Assembly: GCA_041690135.1 (NCBI GenBank)
Contig: JAWLHY010000006.1
Location: 375,778-439,777, forward strand
Direction of reading: 5' to 3'
Origin: Armatimonadota bacterium
Lineage (GTDB): Bacteria; Armatimonadota; SYMT01
Length of the DNA stretch: 64,000 nt
In this document: in pieces, positions 40,405 to 49,094 of the stretch
Layout of the letters: every line of letters begins with the position of its first letter
How positions within the stretch are numbered: position 1 is the first letter of the stretch
Notes under the pieces: model-generated
Told to the model about the DNA's origin: nothing
What the model saw: the letters and a program-made list of their open reading frames with translations, nothing else
Databases searched by the model: none
Program-made: the position numbers and the translations under genes

Positions 40405-40440
40405 CAGCGAAGGGCGGGGCTTCCCCCAATCCCTTCGCTG
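40405..40440 (-). terminator. Probable terminator of ilvE
   Basis: cagcgaaggg...cccttcgctg stem, followed on minus strand by ttgtctt. Confidence 0.5.
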
Positions 40441-40468
40441 AGGCTTCCGCGCCGGTTCTGCGGATGAC

Positions 40469-41389
40469 CTAACGGTTTTCGGGATCGGAGGGCGATATTT
40501 CCGTGCCCTGCGAATTCACCGTTTCCCGGAATGCCGCAATCAGCATCCGCGTGACCGGACCGGGCGTCCCGTCCCCAATCGGACGGTCGTCCACCCGGAC
40601 CACCGGTATAACTTCTGCCCCCGTGCCGGTCAGGAAAACTTCATCCGCGCCATAGACGGTCGTCATCGTGAAGACCTGCTCCTGACACGCAATTCCCAAC
40701 CGGTCGGCAATCTCAATCACCGTGTTGCGGGTAATGCCCTCCAGTATACCCACGTAAGTGGGAGGAGTCATGAGCGCCCCACCCTTGATGACGAAGATGT
40801 TGTCCCCCGTGGCTTCGGCCACGTAGCCGTCGAGGTTGAGCATCAGGCCCTCCCCCACGGGTACCTCGCCTCCGGCCTTGGCGGCGCGATTCACCTCGAT
40901 CTTCGCCAGGATGTTGTTCAGGTAATTGAGCGACTTGATGTTCGGATCGAGCGCAGCGGGCGAATTGCGACGCGTGGACGTCGTAATCACCGCCATGCCG
41001 TTTTCGTACATCGACTTCGGATACATCGTGAGCCGGTCGGCGATGATCACCACCGAAGCCTGGCCGTGGCAGTTCCGGGGATCGATGCCGAGATCGCCCG
41101 GACCACGGGATACGACGACGCGGATATACCCGTCCGTGATCCCGTTGCGGCGGCAGGTCTCCAGGACCAGCTCGCACATCTCTTCCGGCGAGTGCGGGAT
41201 TTCGAGCATGATCGCCCCCGCCGACCGGTAGAGGCGCTCTACATGCTCTTCCAGCTTGAACACCCGGCCACTGTAGGCCCGGATGCCTTCGAAGACCCCA
41301 TCGCCATAGAGAAAGCCGTGGTCGTAGACCGAAATCCGCGCTTCCTCCTTGGGAACGAACTCTCCGCTAACGTATACCAACAGGCTCAT
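40469..41389 (-). CDS. ilvE: Branched-chain amino acid aminotransferase (class IV)
   Basis: DHGFLYGDGVFEGIRAY, YIR, KSLNYLNN, EATGDNIF, LEGITR, ADEVFLTGTGAEV; SD AGGAG. Confidence 0.93.
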   Translation of the reverse strand: MSLLVYVSGEFVPKEEARISVYDHGFLYGDGVFEGIRAYSGRVFKLEEHVERLYRSAGAIMLEIPHSPEEMCELVLETCRRNGITDGYIRVVVSRGPGDLGIDPRNCHGQASVVIIADRLTMYPKSMYENGMAVITTSTRRNSPAALDPNIKSLNYLNNILAKIEVNRAAKAGGEVPVGEGLMLNLDGYVAEATGDNIFVIKGGALMTPPTYVGILEGITRNTVIEIADRLGIACQEQVFTMTTVYGADEVFLTGTGAEVIPVVRVDDRPIGDGTPGPVTRMLIAAFRETVNSQGTEISPSDPENR

Positions 41390-41423
41390 GCACGCTGCTC
41401 CTGCGCCTAACCAAGCTTGGCTG

Positions 41424-41432
41424 AGTATACCA
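41424..41432 (-). promoter_or_regulatory. Extended -10 promoter of ilvE
   Basis: TGgTATACT about 35 nt upstream of ATG. Confidence 0.55.
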
Positions 41433-41492
41433 CGCGCAACCCCAATGAACAACGGGAGATAGGAGTGCGGACATCCCGTCCGCCGGGTGGTC

Positions 41493-41561
41493 GGGCGTTG
41501 GGCATTGGGCCCCCCGCAGGGGGTAAACGTTGGGCGTTGGGCCCCCGAGGGGGTTAAACGT
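41493..41561. repeat. Tandem ~33-bp repeat built from GGGCRTT heptamers plus a ccccc..ggggg hairpin
   Basis: cgttgggc(a/g)ttgggccccc..agggggt(t)aaacgt twice. Confidence 0.75.
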
Positions 41562-41755
41562 CAGGGGTTCAAGTTTTCAGATAGCCAGGTGGTCGGGTGT
41601 TGGGCCACCCCGCCGGGGATGACGTAGGCTGGTGGAGGTTGGACGGATCGGTCGGACCGGACCGATGGGACGAAGGTGGCTTTGGCTGGTGGTAGACTTC
41701 CGCGTTCAACCCCTGGCCCCCGAGGAGGGCATCCACTTTCAACCTTCAACCTGCG

Positions 41756-42886
41756 CTACACTGGTTCTTCTTCCTCGCCTTCGATGCCCCCATCTGGCGT
41801 GGCGTCCTCTAAATCTTCCGCCGATTTGGATTCGGCGGGGGTGCCGCAGGCCAGGCAGTAGCGGACGCCGGGTGGGAGGTCCGCGTTGCAGGCAGCGCAC
41901 TGAGACGGCGTGCCGGCGTGGGCGCGGAGATCTTTTCCGCACCGGGGACAGGTCGATACCGTCACTGACACCGTGGTAGCGCAGATGGGGCAGTGCATTT
42001 GCCGGCCCATCTGGTGGCGACCGAACGTGTCGCGCGGATAATCCCCTTCGAGAATGCGAGCATAGTCCCCGCTGTTGATCCAATCGTCCAGGCCTTTCGC
42101 CCGGTAGACCACCAGGGGGTGGCTGAGCTGCCAGCCCTGCGCCATGAACAGCAGGGCTTTGACGAATGAATCCGATCCGGAGCCCTCAGCGTGGGCACGC
42201 GCCTGTTCGAGGAAGGCTTCCGGATTCATCTCGTGAGCAAACCGGGAAGATCCGCCGCCCAGTTTCATCGTGGCGGAGAAGGCGACCCGCGGGTCCTGGC
42301 AGACGAGCAGCCCGGCGCGGTCGCAGCTGAATTCGGCGTTGCGCATCCATTCGTAGAAGGCGGTCAACACTCCCACCGTCGCCAACTGGCCGAGCCCGAG
42401 GGTGCTGCGGCCAACGGTATCCAAGAGCACCACGATCACCATAGCCAGCATGAGGTAGAGCACGTGCCCGCACTTCATGTGACCGATCTCGTGCCCCAGG
42501 ATGAAGAGGAGCTCTTCGTCGGTGAAGCTGTCGAGAAGGGCGGAGTTCACCACGATAAAAGGGCGGCCCACGCCCGCGGTGGCGGCATTGATCCGGTAGT
42601 CGTAGCGGACATACAACTCGGGCTCGGGCACGTGGAGGATGGAGCAGGCTTCCCGCATCAACCCGTAAAGGGTGCCGAACTGGCGGGGACCGCAGCGGAC
42701 CGAAGTCGACGAGTTCATCGTGTACCAGACCTGGTCCAGGGCCAACTCATTGAACTTGCGGATCAGCAACGGCAGAACGGGGAGGCGCTGCAGGTTCTCC
42801 AGTGCTTTCCGGTCGAGAGGACTGACAAACGCCTCGACCGCGAGGTCGGAAAGACAGATTCTGCCGCCGGGGGTTCGCTCAGTCAT
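41756..42886 (-). CDS. M48 family zinc metallopeptidase with C-terminal double zinc ribbon
   Basis: GHEIGH, W.RNAEFSCDRAG, SHP...R; CPIC..CPRC and CAAC..CLAC. Confidence 0.88.
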   Translation of the reverse strand: MTERTPGGRICLSDLAVEAFVSPLDRKALENLQRLPVLPLLIRKFNELALDQVWYTMNSSTSVRCGPRQFGTLYGLMREACSILHVPEPELYVRYDYRINAATAGVGRPFIVVNSALLDSFTDEELLFILGHEIGHMKCGHVLYLMLAMVIVVLLDTVGRSTLGLGQLATVGVLTAFYEWMRNAEFSCDRAGLLVCQDPRVAFSATMKLGGGSSRFAHEMNPEAFLEQARAHAEGSGSDSFVKALLFMAQGWQLSHPLVVYRAKGLDDWINSGDYARILEGDYPRDTFGRHQMGRQMHCPICATTVSVTVSTCPRCGKDLRAHAGTPSQCAACNADLPPGVRYCLACGTPAESKSAEDLEDATPDGGIEGEEEEPV

Positions 42887-43173
42887 CGTCCGGGCCGCCT
42901 CCTGCTTACATCCTTCACGTGGGGTTCAAGCTGTGGGATCTGTTGCCCAGGAGGCGCAGCAGCACCTCCCGGTGAACCCCAACCGCGATTCTGCACCCCG
43001 TGCACTGGGACCTGCGGAAAGACGGGAACGGGAAGCTTCTCGGGCTGGTTTATCGCGGCTGGGAGGAAGCCTGGAAGGAGTTGGAGCTGAAGTTCGCGGC
43101 CTCCGTGAAGTCCCTCAAGAGCGGAGAGTGGGGGCGAAGGGTCATGGAGATTCAGAGCCTCGCGGCCTTTCAC
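42883..43173 (-). CDS. Possible Pro-rich hypothetical protein
   Basis: Only support is an ATGA overlap of its stop with the M48 start. Confidence 0.25.
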   Translation of the reverse strand: MKGREALNLHDPSPPLSALEGLHGGRELQLQLLPGFLPAAINQPEKLPVPVFPQVPVHGVQNRGWGSPGGAAAPPGQQIPQLEPHVKDVSRRRPGR

Positions 43174-43180
43174 AGAGGGA

Positions 43181-43253
43181 CCTCACCCCCACCCCCCTCT
43201 CCGGCGCAGCCCATCACCCACTTGTGGGTACCCGGTCCGAACGGAAGAGGGGG
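43181..43253. repeat. CCTCACCCC..CCCCTCTCC/GGAAGAGGGG REP-like element
   Basis: cctcacccccacccccctctcc...cttgtgggtacccgg...ggaagaggggg. Confidence 0.55.
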
Positions 43254-43317
43254 CTTTCGGCTCGCCCACAGTACTACGGCGCATTGACCAGTACTCCGCC
43301 TGTGAGGTTCCCTAAAC

Positions 43318-43974
43318 TCAGGAGGCTGTGTAATAGGGATTCCGGCCGCCGGCGTGGTCGGTGACGTCCAGGATCTCGTCGATCTCGGGGAAGTGCGTCT
43401 TTAACACGCGCTCAACCCCCTGTTTCAGGGTCATCCGCGACATGGCGCAGCCCTGGCATCCGCCGCCCATCTCCACGAAGACCGTATCGCCCTGCACATC
43501 GATCAGGGAGATGTAGCCTCCGTGACCGGCGACCGCGGGGTTGATCTCCTCGTCCAACACCTCCTGGATTCGGCGCCAGCGATCCCCCTCGGCGCCCTCG
43601 GGCACCGGCTTCGGTTCGGGCCGCTTGGGCTTGTCGTTGGGATTGGTGAACTGGAACCCGCCCCCGCCGAAGGTCTCGACCCAATCCACGGTTGCGCCCT
43701 CCACCAGGGAAACGCTAGCCGGATCGATATAGACGTCGAACCCCTCGAAATGGAGCACGGTGTCGTCCAGGTCCGGTTTACCTTCCGGCTCCAGGTTCAT
43801 CGAGTACTTTCCGCGGAACGGCGAAGAGATCCGCAGCGCGTGTACCGGGGGGTCCTGGGTGGCCAATACGGAGGCGATCTTGTTCTTAGCGGCATCCGTC
43901 ACCGTCAGGAGCGTCTGCCCCTCCGCACTTCCCGTGTTCTCCAAGGCAAAATCCGGCTTCGTCGGTACTTCCAT
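43318..43974 (-). CDS. nfuA: Fe-S biogenesis protein NfuA
   Basis: Degenerate A-type carrier N-domain (LTVTDAA...GATVDWV...GFQFTNPN) plus NifU domain INP.VAGHGG...GGCQGC...TDH..G.NPYY. Confidence 0.9.
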   Translation of the reverse strand: MEVPTKPDFALENTGSAEGQTLLTVTDAAKNKIASVLATQDPPVHALRISSPFRGKYSMNLEPEGKPDLDDTVLHFEGFDVYIDPASVSLVEGATVDWVETFGGGGFQFTNPNDKPKRPEPKPVPEGAEGDRWRRIQEVLDEEINPAVAGHGGYISLIDVQGDTVFVEMGGGCQGCAMSRMTLKQGVERVLKTHFPEIDEILDVTDHAGGRNPYYTAS

Positions 43975-44081
43975 TCTGCTCTCCTTCCCGTCCCTTCCGT
44001 CCGGCAGGGACTCCGTTTGCAGGCCTATTTTACGCAGTAAGACGCTTCTGTAATCAGCTACCCGAGGTCAGGAACCGAATT

Positions 44082-44109
44082 GAACCGCCAAGACGCCAGG
44101 AACGCCAGG
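44082..44109. repeat. Short cgcca(a/g)g repeat
   Basis: gaaccgccaagacgccaggaacgccagg. Confidence 0.5.
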
Positions 44110-44138
44110 TAAAGGAACGGAGAAAGCGCTTGCAAATC

Positions 44139-45146
44139 TCAGAAGTGATGGAAGCCATCGGGAGCGAGGGGCACGCGCCTTCCGTCTCCGGTGATCAGTG
44201 TGAGCCCGCCACGGGTGATCCGTCCCACAATAGTGGCGGTAACACCCAGCGTACCCAGAGCCGGAGAGACATCCGCGAACCGCTCCGGCGGCACCGTAAA
44301 CAGTAACTGATAATCCTCGCCTCCGAACAGCGCCCAGCGAGCCGGATCCGTTCCCAGGAGGAAGGCGGCCTGGCGGGCGGCGTCCGAAATCGGAAGGCGC
44401 TCCACCTCCACTTCCACTCCTACCCCACTCCGGCGGGCGATATGGCCAAGGTCGCTCGCAACGCCGTCCGAAAGGTCCATCATCGCCGAGGCCAGTCCGG
44501 CCTCTGCGAGGACCGCACCCGCCTCGACCGGCGGCCGGGGACGCACATGCCACTCCACGGGTCCTCGCAGATCCTTTGCGACCGGTTCACCTCGCTCCAG
44601 CAGCGCCAGTCCGGCCCCACTATCTCCCAGGGTTCCCGTTACACAGACCAGGTCTCCCACCCGGGCGCCCCCGCGCATCACGGCCTTCCCGGTAGGCACG
44701 GCGCCCAGGGCCGCTATCGACAGGATGACTCCGGAACGAGACCGCACCGTGTCGCCGCCCACCACCGGACACCCGTACGCGGCGGAGCACTCCCGCAGGC
44801 CGCGATACAGCGTGTCGACCCACTTCACCGGAGTATCCTCAGGAAGGGCCAGAGTCAGCAGAGCAGCCACCGGTCGCGCGCCCATTCCGCCGAGATCGCT
44901 CACATTGACCGCGAGGGCTTTCCAACCCAGGTCCTCCGGTCGGGACCAGTCGCGCCGGAAATGAACCCCTTCCACCAGAGCATCAATGGTGGCCACGAGC
45001 TCGGATTCGGAGGGCAATCGGAGCACGGCGGCGTCATCCCCCACCGCCAGGACCACCTCGCCGACGCGGGGTTGGGCGCCCTCGGCGGCGAGGCCCTTCG
45101 CCAGGCGCTCGATGAGGCCAAATTCTCCCAGGGAGTGCAGGTTCAG
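44139..45146 (-). CDS. thiL: Thiamine-monophosphate kinase; probable CTG start
   Basis: LGEFGLI, VGDDAAV, DALVEGVHF, VNVSDLGGMGA, VGGDT, MDLSDG, GGEDYQL, GF.HF. Confidence 0.92.
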   Translation of the reverse strand: MNLHSLGEFGLIERLAKGLAAEGAQPRVGEVVLAVGDDAAVLRLPSESELVATIDALVEGVHFRRDWSRPEDLGWKALAVNVSDLGGMGARPVAALLTLALPEDTPVKWVDTLYRGLRECSAAYGCPVVGGDTVRSRSGVILSIAALGAVPTGKAVMRGGARVGDLVCVTGTLGDSGAGLALLERGEPVAKDLRGPVEWHVRPRPPVEAGAVLAEAGLASAMMDLSDGVASDLGHIARRSGVGVEVEVERLPISDAARQAAFLLGTDPARWALFGGEDYQLLFTVPPERFADVSPALGTLGVTATIVGRITRGGLTLITGDGRRVPLAPDGFHHF

Positions 45147-45182
45147 CGTTCTCTTTCCTCTGCCAATGGCTACTCTCACTCC

Positions 45183-45191
45183 ATCATACCA
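45183..45191 (-). promoter_or_regulatory. Extended -10 promoter of thiL
   Basis: TGgTATGAT. Confidence 0.5.
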
Positions 45192-45253
45192 CGCGGCTAC
45201 TTCTCTGGCCCGCGGCGCTTGCACGCCAACCAGCGAATGAGGAGGTGCTGCGT

Positions 45254-45487
45254 TTACTCCTCATCCTCGTTTGTCCGGGGGATGTCTATGCCAGTGCATT
45301 TCCCCCCACCCCGTTGAAGGCGGTCCTCGCGTTCGAAGACGAGCCGGGGCGACGAAGGCGGCCGGTTATCCCCACCTTCTGGCCTGGGAGCGGTCTGCGC
45401 CACAACTCCGGGCTCCGGGGGTGTCCGCATGCCAAAGAGGCCGGCGATTCCTATCATGGCGATGCCGAGGCGTCTGAAGAGGCGCAT
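45254..45487 (-). CDS. Small exported/membrane hypothetical protein (77 aa)
   Basis: SD AGGAG, MRLFRRLGIAMIGIAGLFG signal-like N-terminus. Confidence 0.55.
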   Translation of the reverse strand: MRLFRRLGIAMIGIAGLFGMRTPPEPGVVAQTAPRPEGGDNRPPSSPRLVFEREDRLQRGGGKCTGIDIPRTNEDEE

Positions 45488-45768
45488 GGAGAACTCCTGG
45501 TGGGTGATGCGTGAGGCGTGAACCTTGATCCGTATCGCGTGTGGTCTGGGGCAGAGCTTATACGAGTGTGACAGTAGCATGAACGGGAACGTGGTGCGTT
45601 CTGCACATAGCGTGAGGGACGTATCTGACGGACCCTGGAAGGCTCGAGGGGCTACCTTGGCCCGACAGGGCGTGACATTGACGGCAAGACCGATGTTCCA
45701 AAACACCGATCCCCGAACGGGCTCTTCTACTCCTTTCTAACGGAGCGACGGCGGTGTAGACTACGCCT

Positions 45769-46674
45769 ATGAACGCAGAATCTAGGCTGGAGCGAGCCCG
45801 GTGCTCGCTGGAGGGCTTGTCCGTCGGTGACGCCTTCGGCGAACGCCTCTTTGTCGCATCCGAACTGGTGCAGTCGATTATCGGGAAGAGGATCGTTACG
45901 GCCGGGCCCTGGCCTTTCACGGACGATACCCAGATGGCCCTCTCCGTGGTCGAGATTCTACGGAAGCATGGAGAGATCGTGCCGGATGCCCTGGCCCTCA
46001 GTTTCGCCCACCATTACGATGACCGCCGGGGCTACGGTCCGGCGATGCACAGCCTGCTGAACTACATCCGCCTGGGAGTGCCGTGGTCCGCGCTCGCCCC
46101 GCGTCTGTTCCATGGGCAGGGGTCGTGCGGCAACGGCGCCGCGATGCGGGTGGCCCCGGTCGGCGCTTACTTTGCGGACGATTTACCGCTGGTCGTCGAG
46201 CACGCTGCCCGGTCGGCGCAGGTCACCCATTCGCACCCGGAGGGCGTTGCCGGTGCGGTGGCCGTAGCCGTGGCGGCGGCCCTGGCATGGCAGTTCGCGC
46301 AGCGCGGGATTCGCCCGACACGGCCCGAGTTCCTGGAGGCAATCCTGCCGCACGTGCCGGAGGGCATCGTCCGCGAGAAAATCCGGCATGGCCGCAACCT
46401 GGCCGAAGGCTGCTCCGTACAACTGGCGGTCGCGGCCCTGGGGAACGGCAGCCAGATCATAGCCCAGGACACCGTCCCTTTCGTCCTCTGGTGCGCCGGG
46501 GAGTGGCTGGACAACTTTGAAGAAGCGCTGTGGCACACGGCGAGTGGCCTGGGCGACCGGGATACGACCTGCGCGATGGTCGGCGGAATCGTCGCCATGT
46601 ATGTTGGACGGGCGGGCATCCCCGCCGCCTGGATCGCGGCCCGCGAGCCATTGCCCGACTGGCCTGTCGCTTGA
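45769..46674 (+). CDS. ADP-ribosylglycohydrolase family protein (probably leaderless)
   Basis: GDAFG, FTDDTQMA, GNGAAMRVAP, THSHPEG, GDRDTTCAMVG; TAGACT 6 nt before ATG. Confidence 0.92.
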   Translation: MNAESRLERARCSLEGLSVGDAFGERLFVASELVQSIIGKRIVTAGPWPFTDDTQMALSVVEILRKHGEIVPDALALSFAHHYDDRRGYGPAMHSLLNYIRLGVPWSALAPRLFHGQGSCGNGAAMRVAPVGAYFADDLPLVVEHAARSAQVTHSHPEGVAGAVAVAVAAALAWQFAQRGIRPTRPEFLEAILPHVPEGIVREKIRHGRNLAEGCSVQLAVAALGNGSQIIAQDTVPFVLWCAGEWLDNFEEALWHTASGLGDRDTTCAMVGGIVAMYVGRAGIPAAWIAAREPLPDWPVA

Positions 46675-46682
46675 GAGAACCC

Positions 46683-47375
46683 ATGGACCCCACTCCTATG
46701 CCCCGTATCAAGATTTGCTGCATCGCCAGTGTGGAGGAAGCGCGCCTCGCCGTGCGCCAGGGCGCCGCCGCGCTGGGGCTCGTCTCCGCGATGCCGAGCG
46801 GGCCCGGCGTCATCGACGAGGACCTGATCGCCCGGATCGCCGCAACCGTTCCCCCGGGCGTGGACAGCTTTCTACTGACCTGCAGCCAGGACGCAGGCGA
46901 GATCATCCGACAGCAGAGACGCACCCGCGTCAACACGCTTCAACTCTGCGACCGCCTCCCCACGAGCGCCTACGTAGATCTCCGACGTCATCTTCCGGGC
47001 ATCCGGTTGGTTCAGGTAGTCCACGTAGTCTCCCAAAACTCGATTGAGGAGGCCCGGGAAGCGGCGCCGTTAGTGGACGCCCTCCTTCTAGACTCCGGGA
47101 GACCCGATCTGCCGGTGAAGGAGCTGGGAGGGACGGGTCGCCGACACGACTGGACGATTAGCCGCCGAATCCGGGAGCAGGTGGAGAAACCGCTCTTCCT
47201 GGCCGGCGGACTCCGGCCGGACAACGTGGCGGAGGCAATCCGGGAAGTAGGTCCCTACGGTCTGGACCTGTGCACGGGTGTGCGGACGGAGGGGCAACTC
47301 GACCCGATGAAGCTGAGCCGGTTCTTCCGGGCGGTGACCGAAGGCGCTAACGGAGCAAGAGCGGGAGCTTTGTAG
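46683..47375 (+). CDS. trpF: Phosphoribosylanthranilate isomerase
   Basis: RIKICCI, LLLDS, GGTG..HDW, FLAGGL.PDNV, GLDLCTGV; start 46683 or 46698. Confidence 0.85.
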   Translation: MDPTPMPRIKICCIASVEEARLAVRQGAAALGLVSAMPSGPGVIDEDLIARIAATVPPGVDSFLLTCSQDAGEIIRQQRRTRVNTLQLCDRLPTSAYVDLRRHLPGIRLVQVVHVVSQNSIEEAREAAPLVDALLLDSGRPDLPVKELGGTGRRHDWTISRRIREQVEKPLFLAGGLRPDNVAEAIREVGPYGLDLCTGVRTEGQLDPMKLSRFFRAVTEGANGARAGAL

Positions 47376-47407
47376 GTTTGCCCGCCGCCGCGGATGGACG
47401 CGCCGTG

Positions 47408-47960
47408 GACCGCCGGGGATGCCGAGGAGACCGCTAACCGGCGGGGGGCGAGCGGATGCCCTAGACCGCCAGGGGATGGAACACCACCCACCGCCGGGGG
47501 ATGAGCGGTGGCCGTGCCAGAGCAGAACCCGCTTTCGAAGCATTCCGCGGATGCACCAGAAAGGTGCAGCAGCAAAACGCCACCGCTCTGGTAACCCCCC
47601 GGCTACGTCCAAGGCGCCCCGTGGGCTTCCGGAATTCGCGGGCTGGAACCGTACGCCGCGGAGCCGGAGGGCGCCCGCATACGTCACAGCAACGCTCTGT
47701 TGAGTCACTGCCCGGTAATACGTCCAGCACAGTTCCGGCAGCCGGCGTGAGCCGGCGCCGAGCGTCATTTGCCGGGTGCAACGGCGTAAACCCAGATATT
47801 CGGAGAGCCCCGTGGGGCGGCTCAATGGTAGCCGGGGGGCTACCGGGAGTCCGCACTCTTGGGTTCGGAAACACCGTTGTTGGTTCACCTCATCTTGGCG
47901 GTGAACAACATCATTGAACGCAGACGCGGGCTCCATCCCCCGGCGGTCTGCGTTAGCGGT
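47408..47960. repeat. Composite REP/REPIN-like intergenic element with nested inverted repeats
   Basis: accgcc(g/a)ggg(g)atg x3 (about 47409, 47465, 47490) vs catcccccggcggt at 47934; ccccccggctac / gtagccgggggg pair. Confidence 0.7.
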
Positions 47961-47964
47961 GGGG

Positions 47965-49077
47965 CTATCCCTCCCAGGCGCGCACCAACTCCCGCGTCGC
48001 AGCCACCGGGTCGGAGGCGGAAACAACAGCGCTGATAACGGCGGCCGCCTCAGCCCCGGCGGCCCGAACTTCCGGCAGTCGAGCCGATGTGATGCCGCCG
48101 ATGGCCACGATCGGGAGATCGGACACGGCTTTGAAGCGCCGAATCTGCTCGGTCCCCACCGCGTCACCCGCGTCGTGTTTGCTGGCGGTGCCGTAGATTG
48201 GGCCGACACCCAGGTAATCGGCGCCGGCGCTCTCCGCCGCCAGGACCTGCGCCTCATTCTCCACCGAGATGCCGATCAAGCGCTCGGGGCCCAGGATCCG
48301 GCGCGCGACCTCGATGGGCAGATCGGTCTGACCGAGGTGGACCCCGTCTGCTTCGGCTGCGAGCGCCAGGTCGATGCGGTCGTTGACGATGAGCAGCGCT
48401 CCGGCGGCCCGGCACAACGCGGCGATCTCCCGGGTGGCGGGAAGGAGCTCACCCGCGTCCCGGCGCTTGTCCCGGAGTTGGATGATGCCAGAACCCCCCT
48501 CCAGGGCGGCCCTCGCCGTCTCCACGTGGCTTCTCCCCGGAGGCAGCGTCTCGTCGGTGATCACGTACAGCCCGCGCACCTTTTGCCGCAGAGCCTCCCG
48601 GCCGGTGATGCCGGCGGGCACGCTTTCCGCGGAAGTCATGCCCAGGCTCGGCGGCGCCCCTACCCGTGCTTCCCGCAGCCAGCGCGCCCGGGCCAGCACC
48701 CGCTCCATGGCCTCCGTCAGGTCGTACTGGTCCGTCTCCGTGAAGGGGACCCAGCGCGCATCGGATACATCGCTCTGCGCGACCGGCTTACGATCCGTCT
48801 CCACCTCCGCCAGGTAATCCGTTACGGTGTAGTGGTACGGCGGAAAGATCGCGTCGTAGACGTCGATCACGTCCAGCACACGGACCTCCAGCCCGGTCTC
48901 CTCCAACGCCTCCCGGCGGGCGGCGTCGCGGGCGGTCTCACCGGCCTGGATCTTGCCGCCGGGATAGCTCCAGCGCCCCAGGTTGGGCTCCCGGCCGCGC
49001 TGGACCAGCAGCACGGAATCGCCCTTCAAACAGACGACGGCGGCACCGGGGACGGGTTTGGTGATGGGGTCAGTCAT
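47965..49077 (-). CDS. thiE: Nudix hydrolase-thiamine-phosphate synthase fusion
   Basis: Nudix box GGKIQAGETARDAARREALEETG, then LYVITD, QLRDK, NDRIDLA, GVHLGQTD, GPIYGTASK, AIGGI. Confidence 0.88.
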   Translation of the reverse strand: MTDPITKPVPGAAVVCLKGDSVLLVQRGREPNLGRWSYPGGKIQAGETARDAARREALEETGLEVRVLDVIDVYDAIFPPYHYTVTDYLAEVETDRKPVAQSDVSDARWVPFTETDQYDLTEAMERVLARARWLREARVGAPPSLGMTSAESVPAGITGREALRQKVRGLYVITDETLPPGRSHVETARAALEGGSGIIQLRDKRRDAGELLPATREIAALCRAAGALLIVNDRIDLALAAEADGVHLGQTDLPIEVARRILGPERLIGISVENEAQVLAAESAGADYLGVGPIYGTASKHDAGDAVGTEQIRRFKAVSDLPIVAIGGITSARLPEVRAAGAEAAAVISAVVSASDPVAATRELVRAWEG

Positions 49078-49094
49078 GGGTGTTGGGGATCTGT

